Shown here piece after piece: positions 20,199-41,438 of a stretch of DNA of 64,000 bases. The stretch spans positions 969,989 through 1,033,988 of the forward strand of contig CAVNZM010000017.1 of the NCBI GenBank assembly GCA_963693365.1. The letters are read 5' to 3'. A model generated the notes under the pieces. It searched no databases. It saw only the letters and a list, made by a program, of their open reading frames with translations, and was not told the origin of the DNA. The DNA comes from Amoebidium appalachense (Eukaryota; Protista; Ichthyosporea). The position numbers were made by a program, and so were the translations under genes. The number at the start of each line of letters is the position of its first letter. Within the stretch, counting starts at the first letter, position 1.

Positions 20199-20592
20199 GG
20201 ACCCTATCACATCGGCAGAGTCAACTTGCAACAAGCAGAATTGTTCTGCAAATTTAAAAGCGGAATCATTCTGCAAAAAGCGGAATTATTCTGCAAAAAG
20301 CAGAAATATTCTGCAAAAGCAGAATCACTCTGCAAAAAGCAGAATTATTCTGCGTTTAGCAGAATTATTCCGCAAAAAGCAATATCATTCTGCTTTTGAC
20401 AGCAGAATATTTCTGCTTTTATTAGCGGTATGATTATTCTTTTAGCAGATTGATTCTGCTTTAGCAGATTGACTCTGCTGTTTGCAGAGTGATTCTGCTT
20501 TCGCAGATTGATTCTGCTTTTGCAGAATAATTCTGCTTCTTGCAGAATAATTCTGCTCGGAGCAAGTTGACTCAGCTGATGTGGCTGGGCCC
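20199..20592. mobile_element. Foldback/MITE-like element, copy 2, inverted relative to copy 1
   Basis: Starts GGACCCTATCACATCGGCAGAGTCAACTTGC and ends CTCGGAGCAAGTTGACTCAGCTGATGTGGCTGGGCCC. Same internal repeat. Confidence 0.75.
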
Positions 20593-20612
20593 TAGGGGAA
20601 GTAGGGTTGGAA

Positions 20613-20653
<41 letters not shown>

Positions 20654-21417
20654 TCGGGCCCGGGGGAGGAGGTGGAGGGGGTGGAGAGAGCATTGGGGGA
20701 GGGTGTGCGTGTGTGTGTGTGTGTGTGGTGGTGGTGGTGGTGGTGGGGGGGGGGGGTTGGTTTCGAAAATGGCTACGCCTAACTATACTCGACAATAATC
20801 CAGCGCCTTACAGTCAGTGTACGTACATGATGATTCATTCACGCCTCATTTGCCCTTGTGTTGTGTGTAAACAGTAATTTTTTCCAAGTACGGCGTATAC
20901 GCACTGTCTATCATCTAGTTTTGATTGAAAATACAGGCCTGCAGTAGGTTTTTAGCTAGTATCATGATACCAGTGTTTGCAATGCTGTACACCTCCCCAA
21001 ACAATAAAGTTTTTGCATTGCATAGTTTTCGAAATTCCTTGAAATGACTCACTCAGTGACACTCACCTGTGCGTGCCTTAGAAACGAAATATATTCGGTG
21101 GATCTATTGTGGGAGATTTATTGCCGCAGTTTCTCTGGATGAACGTGTTCGAGATGATTGATACTAATATATTGATATACTAAATATATATGTAGGTATA
21201 TGAGAGTCATTCGCTTATTACAAAGAAGTTCACAGTTTCAATGACTTCGACTGCACATTTTTGAACGGAAGCCAATCAAATCGCTTTAACCAACAGAGCG
21301 ATCTGATTGAATAACATGCACATTTTAAAATTTCGCCGAACTAGCCCGAGTATATAAACAAAGTACCCGCGGCAGGTCCGGTCACAACTTACCGACCCAG
21401 CCCAAATTTTCAAATAA

Positions 21418-21840
21418 ACGGCACCAAACATCAACGTATCTCCCTTTTCAGCCCGCTACATCCTTTCCCTCCTCTTTGCCTCCCTGGCCGTCTCCCACGC
21501 CAGCCCCATCCCGCCCACCGCCATGCAGCAACGAAGCGCAACCAGAGGCCATTTACACCTCCCCTGCGCTGGAACACAGCCTGCTCGGGGCCGGCGCCTG
21601 TAGCGTTGGTCGGGCTTGGTGCGCCATGTGCTGCATCCCCGATTTCCAATGCACCAAAGAGAATATCGGAATATACGGCCGTTCGGTCGGATATGCTTAC
21701 TACTAGCGATGCTCTCATTATTCCGGCGAGGGTGCACTGAGTGTAAGAGAGACGGCGCTGGCAAGGCATGCGAGGCAAAGTATGGGCCGAAGATCACGCA
21801 GGGTTGCTGGGTGTGGGCCAGCTCGAAATATGAATCATGA
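21418..21840 (+). pseudogene. Probable pseudogene of a small Cys-rich secreted protein
   Basis: CCAAT at 21272 and TATATAAA at 21351. ACG in place of ATG at 21418, in frame with signal-like YILSLLFASLAVSHA-SP. Cys-rich segments continue in shifted frames with an internal TAG (ACSVGRAWCAMCCIPDFQCTKE...; GCTECKRDGAGKACEAKYGPKITQGCWVW). Confidence 0.5.
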
Positions 21841-22855
21841 TTCGAACCTTTTGAACTTGGATGCTGGACATTCAATCCATATACCAGGTTGGGTTGGGCA
21901 CACAAACCAAAACAAAGGGAAAAAAACAAGAAGCAATCCGGAGACTCTCCTTTACATGTGCTTGAAAAACGTGCTTCGTATTAATAAATTATAGCTTGAT
22001 ACATAGGCAATAGGCCTGGTGTGGACAGGCCTCCACCAGAATACATTGTAAATAAAAACGGAGGGAAAACGCCGGTTATCATGCTCGGTTGCTATAGTTG
22101 TGCATCGGTGCAGAAGAATTGGACGGTAACCTGTACCCGGGTTGAAAGTGTCTTGAAATGTCACCTAACGATGCATGCGTGATCACGCATCAACCGTCTT
22201 GTGCCCAGAAGCCCCAGGCCCTGAGTCCCACATATATATAGTATAGGCCTTTCCCCCCTCAGCGTGTACACATCAAGGCTTCCCATACTGGTAACAATAC
22301 ATACCCCCCGGGCGACCAGACACAAACATACATGTAGTATGAAACACCAGCCGCAACCTTGGGTGATCGAAAGGCCGCAGTTTTGTTGGGACATGCCATC
22401 TTGAAATACCGCATGCAATGATGCAATAGCAGGGGCTTAAGTATCAGGTAAATTCGGTGTAGGGTCTATTAGTTCATTATCTCCTCCCCCCCCCCCCCCC
22501 CCCCCCCCAACCCACCCACCTACCCACCCCCATCGTCCCCGCCACCCATGTCTCAACTCCCCCCCACAACCCCCTCCCCCCCCCCCCTCTCCCTGTGGGA
22601 ACGTTTTCTGGGCTGGAGCCGTGCTCAGAGCCTTGTTTTGAGGAGGAGAGGGGAGGGGGAGAGGGGGGGAGAACACGCACGGGCGGCCGTGCATGTCACC
22701 TGTTGCCTGTACACTTGCCGGAGTGTGGGCAGGTCACGAAGAACGGTTAAGCCCAGGCAGGCAGTATGTGGAAGCTCGAAAACGTGTCCGATATAAATAA
22801 TTACCCAACATGGCACACTATGAGTGCCACACTGTGTTTGCCGTTTTTTTTTGTT

Positions 22856-22886
<31 letters not shown>

Positions 22887-24171
22887 GGAGGGGGGGTATC
22901 CCCCTTTTTTTTTTGCCCGTTTATAGTTATTAGTTTGCAACGGTCTTGAACAAAGCTTGTTTGATTTTGTTTACCATGAACCACAACTTGGGTTGGGTTT
23001 GGGTTTTTTAGCACACACAACCACATATATGAACGCACGCACGCACACACGCACGCACGCACGCACGCACACACGCACACAAACACGCACACACACACAC
23101 ACACACACACGCACGCACGCACACATTCACAGAATCACACAAACACACTCACACATACACCCATGCACCGTACTTTGAAACATACACCACACCGTGGCCC
23201 TTCACGTGGGTGGCAACAGACACATAATCAACCTCCCCCCCCCCCTCTCCCGGACCCTCCCCCCCCCCCCCCCCCCCGGCCCCCCCGCTCTCCTTCCACC
23301 CCCTCCCCTACACTTCCCCCACACTCATGCACACATTCTGACCCACCCAAAAGAATAACACGTTCCTCTGGAGAGGGTAGCCCCCCCGGGGGGGGGGGGG
23401 GGGAGGGGGGGGGGTTAATACGTATGTGCCGAAGTGTCGTGCTGCAGCTGCCTGCATACACATGCATGCAGTGTGGCGTTGAAATTCCAAAACGTAGATC
23501 CGTGTGGGCACATAAGAACACAGTGATTTTGTGACCTGCCTTATTTATTTATTTATTTATTTATTTATCTTTTTTTGGATGTTATTTGTTTGGAAGCTGT
23601 TGTTGTGTTTTCTGATTGCGGTTGTGGTTTCCATGTGGTTCAAGTTTGTTTTGGTGTTTTGATTCGAAAGCAAAGGGTTGTTTTCGAGCTGCTAGTGGCT
23701 TTTATCATATCATAGTTTTCGCTCCATATTTTGGGCAGTTTACACGCGCACACACATACATACGCAAACCAGACCCGCCCAAGTATATGACTGAACCAAG
23801 ACATCGAACCCGGTAGGAATGAATTTTGAAAAGAGAGTGCATATGGATAGGCACCAAGTCAAAAGATAAATATTACCTTCAACTCTGGGACTCTGTGCAA
23901 TAACGAAACTTTCTGACCTGAAAAATCCAACAAGTGACGAACCAAGTGATGTGTGCAAAAGAGCACAAAGTCGTGCAGATCACGCAACTTTGAAAAGCAC
24001 AGATGTTTGCATTCGTGACCGACAAATATACGCTATGAAATGAATCGGAAACGTGTATACACATGATTGATAGCTCAGTGAGTAGAGAGGGGGGGGGGGG
24101 GAGGGGGGGAGGGGGAGGAAAAAGAGAGAGAGAGCGAGAGAGAGAGAGAGGGGGGGGGGGGGGGGGGGGGG

Positions 24172-24320
<149 letters not shown>

Positions 24321-24432
24321 TGAGAAAAAGAGGGGGGGGGGGGGGGGGGAACCCAGACCCTCCCCCCCACGTAACCGGGCCCAACACCAATGTGTTACTT
24401 ACTGTATGTACTGATGGTTGTCTCCCCTAGAG

Positions 24433-24473
<41 letters not shown>

Positions 24474-24766
24474 TCTCTCTCTCTCTTACCCTCTGCCCCC
24501 TCCGCCCCCTTCCCCTTTTCTCGGAAAGTCTTTGTTAAATTGTTCAAAAAGGTTGGGATATTCCCAAACGCTTTTTGACACATTCGAACACCAAACTGCC
24601 CACCACAGCAATTTAAACGAACATGCCCCCCCAAATGTGGTTTGCTCCCAAGCTGTATTCCTCCAGACATACACACCCGGTTTGCCCGGGCCCATACACA
24701 ACATGCATGACATATCTAGATCAACCGAACTTTACTGTGATATCTCAAAAATATCTTTGATGTCCC

Positions 24767-24871
24767 CATGCTTCTCTTTTGATGAGCATATCAATAAAGT
24801 CATTATTTTCTTCCCTGAGATATCTGTGATATCTCACATGCTTCTCTTTTGATGAGCATATCAATAAAGTC
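24767..24871. repeat. 35-bp direct repeat CATGCTTCTCTTTTGATGAGCATATCAATAAAGTC with 70-bp period
   Basis: Copies at 24767-24801 and 24837-24871. Confidence 0.85.
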
Positions 24872-25837
24872 GTTATAATTTTATTTTTTTTCACCGTGCT
24901 TGATTTCATACTTACGGTAACTTGGGGGATGGATTTCTCTAAAAGTTGGGGGTCACTGCATCAGATCGATTCGAGATCGACCAAATTCCATAATTGACTC
25001 CAGCTGGTCAATCGAGGGCAAACTTTTAAGGTCCGAAAGTTCAAATTTCAATATAAACCCCATGTCTATTGTGACAGCCTCGGAATAAGCGCACATACCG
25101 GGGGATATTTTGAAAATTCGATACTTATCGATGCAACCATTCTACATCTGCAGGCATGCGCACTTTTCTTGGTGTAAATATAAGGCGGGGTGAGGCGGGC
25201 GGGCGGCGGCCACCAAGGGGGGGGGGGGGGGGGGGGGAGGGGGTCGCGTCAGCGATCCCTTTAAGTGACTCTGAGATAACAGAAGAGATAAAAGAAGGGT
25301 GGTTTGGACATGGAACAGATTTTCAGGAAATTATGCATGGACGTCAGATATTACTATAAGGATGCATGTGATTAGTGCACTAGGTGTGTAAATGCATATT
25401 TATACTATAATCATGTATACCTATCACCAGGATAGGACTGCATAATATTTTTTAGGTCATATGATAAGGTATTGAAGATCTCAACCACTACAATGCCATT
25501 ATTACTTCCAGTATGCTGTAACCTGGTGAACGTTAATTTACAAAAACACTCTTCTACATATTCATTACACTCAAGCCCAAGTGTTAGGCGGTAAGAGACG
25601 ACATGACGTGTATGCGACAAGGGTGTGTGGCACACTGGTGTGTGTACGTGTCTGTGAATGTGTGTGTGTGTGTGTGTGTACGTGTCTGTGAATGTGTGTG
25701 TGTGTGTGTGTGTGTGCGTGTTTCTGTTTGTCTTTGTAAGTGCATGTGTTGTAGTTTGTCGTGTTTGTGCACGGTGAGTTGTGCACAATATCTATGTGCG
25801 CGGGTGCAAGACACTTTCATTGGGTTTGGCACGTTTT

Positions 25838-25906
<69 letters not shown>

Positions 25907-26169
25907 TTGTGTGTGTGTGTGAGTGTGTGTGTGTGTGTGTGTGGTCCCTCCTCCTACCCAAATTTTACTCTTCAGGCTAATGTGCCTGGGTTTATAAGTC
26001 CCTATATCAACCGCGCCACTAATTTTACCCCTCTCACATGCGCCTAGTAAAACAATAAGTGTCCGTGTGCATGTTTGGCAAGGTTATGTACACACACGTC
26101 GCGTCATATGCGTGAATATGACACGTGTATGTGTATGTGTGTGTCGCTGTATTTGTGTGCATGTGTGTG

Positions 26170-26278
<109 letters not shown>

Positions 26279-26451
26279 GGCGCGTGTGTATGATAGTATT
26301 GTTTGTAATGATGTGACACTGGGGGTGTACAGGAACAAACCATACGTAAAATGATGAGAAAACTCTAAAATATCTCCACCCACCCGCTATTAAAACCACA
26401 CACCAAGCCGTACTACTACAATAGTTAAAGTAACCCGCATCACACCCACAC

Positions 26452-33201
<6,750 letters not shown>

Positions 33202-35975
33202 TTTCTCGCTCCTCTCAGGCTCGAAAAAAAAAACTGAAAACTTGGTAGTAGTAAAATAATTCTAGTGGAAAGAAAATTATTTTGCTATGCCGTTTTGGTG
33301 CATATGATTCACTATTGTTGGCTTCTGGATAGAAACTTGTGTAGATAAAACTGGTTTATTACTGTTTCACGTCAGAGTGCGGCCCCTGGGCCTCCAGTGA
33401 CGAGCACTGAGGAACTCCTACTGTACACCTACACGCGTCAGCTAATATTTGTATGCATAATAGAATAGATTTTTTTTTTTCTTGGATCTTGTCTTGTCTT
33501 GTCTTTATAACCAGAATATACTTCAACCCAATAACATACATTCGCCTGTTGTCAACAAAACAACTGAGGCGAAGGGAATCGTGATTCGTGAAGTGAAGCG
33601 AAGTGGCGACTCGCATTTGGTTGGCTGTTCGTTGAAAACCTATTTAGTGAACCAATCAACGTTTAGATAACAAAATAAATGCTTGTGATTGGTCGTTAGG
33701 TGGTGCTTTTTTATCCAATCGGCATCCGGCCGAACATTTCAAAATGCCAATGCGGCGGACCAGTGCGGTGCGGTACAGGTGCCAACGTCAAGGCGGTTCC
33801 TGTGAGAGTCTTACGGAGCCGGCCGGAGAGCGCGAGCCCACAACTTGAAAAGTGGACTGTAGCTGGTAAGCACATGTACTTGCACACGCACGCACGCATA
33901 CACGCACACGCACACGCACACACACGCGCACGTAAACGCACACACTCACACACGCACACACACGGACACATGAACACACGGCCACAAGCTGGTAGGCCGC
34001 ACACACACGCGCACACGCACACAAAGGCACACAAACACCAACACACACAGAGAGACACGCTTTAAACACACACACATACACATAAGTACGTGCGCACGGA
34101 AACACGCACGCAAGCTTATGTACACCCAAGTACACACCCACTGGCGTGCACCAAGGCATGCGCAGGGACACACGCACATACCAGCTCGTGGTCACCGGGT
34201 AAAGTAAACATATATAATTGCGCGAATGCACCCACGCACCCACGCAAACGCCACCCACACATGTATTGCGAGAGGCACAAACCCGAACCTCCCTTCAGCG
34301 ACACCTACCCACCGACGCCCACTGATAAAAACTTCGTCATACGCGCACGCCCCATTCGTGTGCGCACACAAACAAGCACACACATAAACACACACAAAGC
34401 GGACAGAATGACCTGAGCTCGAGCACCTGCCTGCCGGCTCCATGATCCAGGCCGGAGACTTCTGGGGATCGTAATAGAACCCCCCCTCCCCTCCCCCCCC
34501 CCCCCCCCCCCCCACCCGCCTCCCTGCTTCTGTGCTTGTATTTTAGATGTTCTTACTTGTTGGAGTTGGAAAGTGGCTTTGGGTTTCCGAGGTCTTTGAA
34601 CAACCCTCAAACGTCCCTCAGAAACAGACCACTCACCTGCTGTGTACGTGAGCATACCCTGTTTGAACACATGTTGGCCCGAGCCACGCACGAAAGACTT
34701 TAAGATTAAAAAAAAAAATCTGTCTTTTTAGGCACAAGACGACTCCTGATGAGACCTCTATGTAGGCCTCTTACTTCCTTTTTAACAGATTTGATCTCTG
34801 TGTCGTGTTTACCAACCCTCCCCTTCCCCCCCACCCTCCCCCCCTCCCCTCCCCTGTTTGTCCTCCCCCTCCCCTCCCCCCCCCCCCCCCCTTCCTCTCT
34901 CAACCTGTGGCCCATGGTTTGAGTTGTATGTGGCATGTGTACACGCAGGTGCATGGGTGATCTATAACCTAGTGTAGTGTCGGGACACCTATGACCTAGG
35001 CCCGTGTGCATGGTGGGGTGGTTATGCAACATCATGGGGCGACGTTACAGTGTGGGCCCCTCCGTAGACCCCTTACACTACCAGCTCCCGGATGCTTACT
35101 GTATTCTTCTGGGGTGCGCTCTCTGCACTCGAGGAGGAGGGGTAGGGGGAGAGGGATTCGGGGGGAAAGGCCCCGAGAGGGTTGAAGGCCGGGGGCGGGG
35201 GGAGGACGGGAGGGGGAAGGGAGGTTGCCAAGGGGGGCGATGAGGGGGTGTGACTGATTACGTTATCGATTGCATGAGATTGAGATTGAATAAACGGATA
35301 GTTGTGTAATACTATGAAACGCCTGAAGAACACTTCCAAATAGTGAGGCTCTTAATTTCTCTGTTGCACAACACTATTATTCCTTAAATCAGGTATCCTT
35401 TCTTTTTCCCCCCTTGACTGTAAAAAAGTATACTTTTTGTTCTTAGACACAAACTTTAATCTTCCTTCCCATGTTTTCTCGGAATGCCAGAACTTTCGAA
35501 TTCATGATCACATTATGGCACTCGCCACCGGCAAATAAAGTGGTTCTTTCTCGAAAGCCAATTGGCTCTTAATCCAAATATGCGAAGCTGCGTTCAAAAC
35601 CGGCATCTATTTCGGGATCTGAAGCAGGAAAAAAATCATAATACTATGCTCTATAGTTTTGTCTCAAAAGTCCAAAAAATATAAGTCACAAGCCAAAACC
35701 TAATAACTCTTACATACACGCATCTGCTCAAATCACTTGTTAGCCTTTGCTGATACGAAATCTCGAATTATTTATGTATGCTCATTGGTTTAAGATCATT
35801 TACAAGATATACCGCTAGGGCTTGAACGGCTTTGGCGCCAGTTTTGTGACGTGGAGTTGCCCATGTGAGCTTTTGCACTCACAAGACGTCGGAAAACGTT
35901 TTCTTTCAGCTAGCGTTCGTTTGTTTCTTTCCCTTCACCTCGTTTCTTGTTTGAAAGAACGAAACAAAACAGAAA

Positions 35976-37446
35976 ATGGAGGGCTCCGAGTCTCCCGGCA
36001 TGAACGCAGCCATGCGCACATCGCAGTTCAAGAATCGTGGGCTTGATGCCGCCGAGCTTCGCCGCCGGCGAACGGAAACAACAGTGCAGCTGCGCAAGGA
36101 AAAGCGCTCTGAGCACCTTATGAAGAAGCGTCAGACGGCAGATGAGGATGAAATGACAGACAGCTCCAGCCAGGCTGCCGACCAGCAACCGGCTCCTGTA
36201 AGTTTCAATGTTTGCTGGGTTCGGTCCTTTTTCCGTGAATTAGGTTTGAGCTTTCTCTTTTTCCATTTTGTGTGAGGCTGGGCAGTGGCTGGGAGCAAGC
36301 TCCTCAAGTTTTGTTCGCTTGTTTGCCGCCCCTTGGTTTTCTTGCACTTCTTAAGCCACACGCCTCGGTTTTTTCGATGAGCTTTTCGCTAGCGTGGACG
36401 TAATAGCAACCCCATGACAGCCCTTTTTAATTCCTTGCTCTTGCTGCTCTATAAAGAAGGAACTGACATGTTTTTGGACAGTCTATTCAGCAGCTTCCTC
36501 AGATGACACAGCAGATTTATAGCGAAGACCCCGAGGAGCAGCGCAAGGCAACCATCCGCTTCAGAAAGCTGCTTTCCAAGGGTATGTTTGCTTCACAGTG
36601 TCTTAGTGCATCCATGTATTTTAGGATGGGTTGGAAGGGGTTGTGAGAAAGTGCAAACAGGTTGCTCGTATGTTCCTTTTGACGTGCGTGCGTAGTAGTG
36701 GAATGTACACGTAGGGATATGGCAGGGTGAACGGAAGACGATTTGGAAGGGGGGGAGGGGGGAAAGGAGCTAGGTGGGTTTGGGGGGGGGGGGGGGGGGA
36801 GGAAGGGAGGGATAATTTTTAACACAAACCCTAGTTGTTGGATGGAGAGCCCCGGGCGGTTGGGGAAGGGGGGGGGGGGGGGGAGAGGTGTCAACGTACA
36901 CAGCACGGGCCTGTTGTTGGGTGTGAGATAGGGAGGAGGGTATAAGGGAAAGCGTAGAGGGGGAATGTCTGGTTCGGCTTCGTTCCTTTTTACTGTTGTC
37001 TCTCTGTATTCTCCCTCGTTCCTTGCGTGTCTCTGTTTGCAATTTGCATGGTTCCTGACTTGTCTCTGTGGCTCGCATCGTTTCGTGCCCGTCTCTGTTT
37101 TTCGCTCGCCTTGTCCCTGACGTGTGCGTGTGTGTTGTGCAGAGAAGAACCCGCCCATTCAGGAGGTCATCGACTCCGGTGTGGTCAATCGCCTGGTGCA
37201 GTTCCTGGGGGCTGTCGAGAACACCTCCCTGCAGGTGGGTGTTCCTCTGCTTGACATATTGGTGTGATGTTGTCATGTTCTGAGCTCATGCACATGGATT
37301 GGCTTTCGGAAATGGTGTAGGCACGGATACACGACCACGCAAAAGCTTGCAAGCGCACCGTATGGGAACGATAACACACACACACACACACTTGCTTGCA
37401 CATAGAGTCAAATGTACACACATGCGCACACGCGCTCACATGCACA

Positions 37447-37481
<35 letters not shown>

Positions 37482-38029
37482 CACAATACAATACACACAC
37501 ACACACACAGCATGCACATACACAAACATACACACATACACATACACACGTGCGCGCGCCCTCCGGTACACACGTACACACACACGTACACCCACACACC
37601 CTCACTTTTGTGAAAGCGTATAAAGCTGTTTCACACCTTTCACGTGCTTCTGTGTCTCCGCTTCACAAATGTACAAGCACACACCCATAGGACATTAACA
37701 CACAACACAATATTACACACACACTCAGTGCACGCACACACAGCCATACTCACACACATAACTGCGTGCACACACGCACACACACACATGCACTTCTGCG
37801 CCTGCGCCTATGCACAGACATGCACATACCGTATCTGGTACAAAAGCAAGCAAGTACACATTTACACAACCCACACTTGCCCGTGCCCACAAATGCACAC
37901 ACACGGCGCGTACGTGTGCGCACGCAGGCACCTACCCATCCACCCACACATACGCATGCATACACATGCGCACATGCGCACATGCAAAGATTCGGGCGCG
38001 TGCGTGCGCACACACAGACACACACAAAG

Positions 38030-38089
<60 letters not shown>

Positions 38090-38740
38090 GTACATGCACG
38101 CCTCCGCCCCCCCCCCCCTCCCCCCCCCCCCCCCCCCCCCGCCGGCCTACCCACGCACACATATACATGCCTACACACACACACATACACAACACATTTT
38201 ACACCCAACACACACCAACTTCACACACACACACATACACGCTTATACACAAACACGGTGTCACTTGCTTCCACATCCTCACTTCACCCACGTCCACATG
38301 TTACCATCAATCAAACACTAGCCAACCACCATGAATAAAACTCCAAGCAACTATTACGAAGCTCTAGCTAACCATCTCTTCCACTCCCTCTACTCTTTAA
38401 ACAATTATCATGCTTTTTACTCGTCAAACAGTATCGAACACTTTTAATTACTCTTTCTTCTACTCCTCACACTATCATCAATCAAACCTTACTTTCTCGC
38501 CTTTATTCACACTTCAATCACTTGAACACTTAGTTTTTCTTCTACTTTTCACACCCTCATCAACTACATTCTAACCCACCCATTCTCCTACCGCAGTTTG
38601 AGGCCGCCTGGGCTCTTACCAACATTGCGTCGGGTACGTCGGCACAGACGAAGGCTGTGGTTGCTGCTGGAGCCATTCCTGCATTTGTGCAGCTGCTGAG
38701 CTCCCCCAGCGAGGATGTGTGCGAGCAGGTGTGTGTGTGT

Positions 38741-38780
<40 letters not shown>

Positions 38781-38928
38781 GAGAGAGAGAGAGAAGGGGG
38801 GGGGTGGGAGAGAATGGGTGGCTGTGTGTTCATGGGGGAGGAATGTGCGCGGCTGAGAGAGAGAGAGTGTGTGTGTGTGTGTTCTTTGCTGTATGTGCTG
38901 GGGACGAGTGCGCAACACAGATGGGGAG

Positions 38929-39007
<79 letters not shown>

Positions 39008-39674
39008 TCTGGGTCAACGCAGTGTGGGGGCGTGGTCTGTGGTGTGTGTTTCGGGATGGTCGTGTGACATATTTTTAATTAAATCCGGTTCGTGAGACGG
39101 GCTTTGGTTATTGACCCACGAACGGCCCGGGCTGCTGGCCTGGTTGGTAAAAGTGACCAATCAGACAAACAACCAATCAATTGACGGTAAACGAGTTCTG
39201 ATATGTTAGTGCGAGCTAAACACACCACACATTAGTTAGCCACTACACTTGCCCATCCACCTTGCACAAAGAATGAACAAATACTTCACCCTTCATCATC
39301 TCCAACCCACCTCGCTTCAGGGTGTGCGGGCACTTTCGTGCTTGGTGTTGATGTGTTTTTTTTTTGTGGTGGTGGTGGTGGTGGTGTGGGTGTGTGTGGG
39401 GAGGGAAAGGGGGGAAAGGAAGTGGAAGGGGGAGGGGGGGGGGAAGGGCAGAGCAACTGAGATGGGAAGAGAGGGAGGGAGAGGGAAGGAGGGACGAATG
39501 TGGCAGGAGCAAGAGGATGAGAGGAGGGAGGGAGGAATTGGAAGGGATCTCCTTCCTTCCTTCAATTCTACACCCCCCCCCCCCCCCCCCCCCGCCCCGC
39601 CGCTCGCCCTTCTCTCCTTTCTCCTTTTTTCCAGGCTGTTTGGGCTGTAGGCAACATGGTGAGAGCCCGTTTCG

Positions 39675-39722
<48 letters not shown>

Positions 39723-40073
39723 CTTCGTTTTCCCCCTTCAAATGAACAACACTCACTTACTACTCTTCCCCCCACCCCCCCCCCCTTCTTTCAATTTTCC
39801 AGGCTGTGTGGGCTCTTGGCAACATTGCGGGAGACAGCCCTGAGTGCCGTGACCAGGTCTTGCACTATGGTGGACTTGCAGTGCTTCTGAACGTGCTGCA
39901 GCACAGCAAGAAAGCCTCCATGACTAGGAATGCAACGTGGACACTGTCAAACCTGTGCCGTGGGAAGAAACCCGCTCCCGACTTCAACATTGTACGTGTT
40001 TATCTCCTTTTTCGTAGACATAATCAACATTATCTCCCCCTTCTCTCCCCCTCTTCCGCTCCCCGTCTCCCGC

Positions 40074-40127
<54 letters not shown>

Positions 40128-40352
40128 CCACCCACAACACATACCACAAACCTTTAAGTTTACGGGCACACACACAGGTGCAAGTTTGTCTTTGCCTGCT
40201 CTACAAGCTCTTGTTTTCTGGTTTTTGACATTCCCGCTGATATGTAGTTTCCACAAGTTTTTGCTGCACACGGTGATTCATATTCTCACATATATCGACA
40301 TATGTGCAAATATATCCACATCCACATTTTTATTCCTGCATACATCCACGTA

Positions 40353-40397
<45 letters not shown>

Positions 40398-40774
40398 ACA
40401 CACAGGTGCATGTAGAACTCCCCACGCTTGCCCGTCTTATCTGGATCAACGATATATTTGCACATTCCCACACATATTCACATAATTATGATATTCCCAT
40501 CATGTGATATTCCCGCATGTATTCACACAGACACACACACACAGGTGCGTGTGGCTCTCCCCGTGCTTGCGCGTCTGATCTGGATCGACGATGAGGAGGT
40601 ACTGACTGATGCCTGCTGGGCGCTGAGCTATCTGAGTGACGGCACAAACGACAAGATCCAGGCTGTGCTGGAGGCGGGGGTGTGCAAGAGGCTTGTCGAA
40701 CTGCTGATGTACGTGTGTGTGTGTGTTTGGGGGGGGGGGGGGGGGGAAGAGAGAGAGAGGATGTGGGTGGGTTT

Positions 40775-40805
<31 letters not shown>

Positions 40806-41087
40806 GGGGGGATGTAGGTTGGTGGGGTGGGTGTGTGTGTGTTGGGGGGGGGGGGGGATTTTGCGTGCTGGAGGCGGGGGGTGTGCAAGAGGCTGGTCAA
40901 ACTACTCATCTACGTGTGTGGGTGGGTCGGTGTGGGTGGGTGGGTGGGTGGATTTGGGGGGGGGGGGGGGAGGGGGGAGGGTGGGTGTTCAAGAAAAAGA
41001 GAGGGAGCATGTGTGGGTGGGTGTGAGAAGGACGGAGGGGGGAGGGAAAAAACGATTGTGTGTGTGTGTGGTGGTGGTGGTGGTGGG

Positions 41088-41123
<36 letters not shown>

Positions 41124-41396
41124 GGGAGGGAGGGAGGGGGGGGAGTGATTGGGTGTTTCGCAAGAGGCTCTACGAGCTGCACATGTAAGTGTGTGTGTGT
41201 GTGTGTTTTGTTGTTTGGTTGGGGGTGGGGGGGGGGGGGGGGGGGATGGGGGGGGATAGACGTTTGCAGTTTTGTCGGGTTGGCTTTGCATCACCTACAC
41301 ACCGCACCCCCAGGCACCCGTCCGAGTCTGTGGTGTCCCCTGCCCTGCGCACTCTGGGTAACATGGTGACCGGCAAGGACATGGAGACACAGGTAA

Positions 41397-41438
<42 letters not shown>

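Noticed and set aside
18640-20560. Regularly spaced palindromic ~20-bp repeats resembling a CRISPR array
   Set aside because: No unique spacers and no cas genes, the context is eukaryotic, and the arrays are bounded by TIRs.
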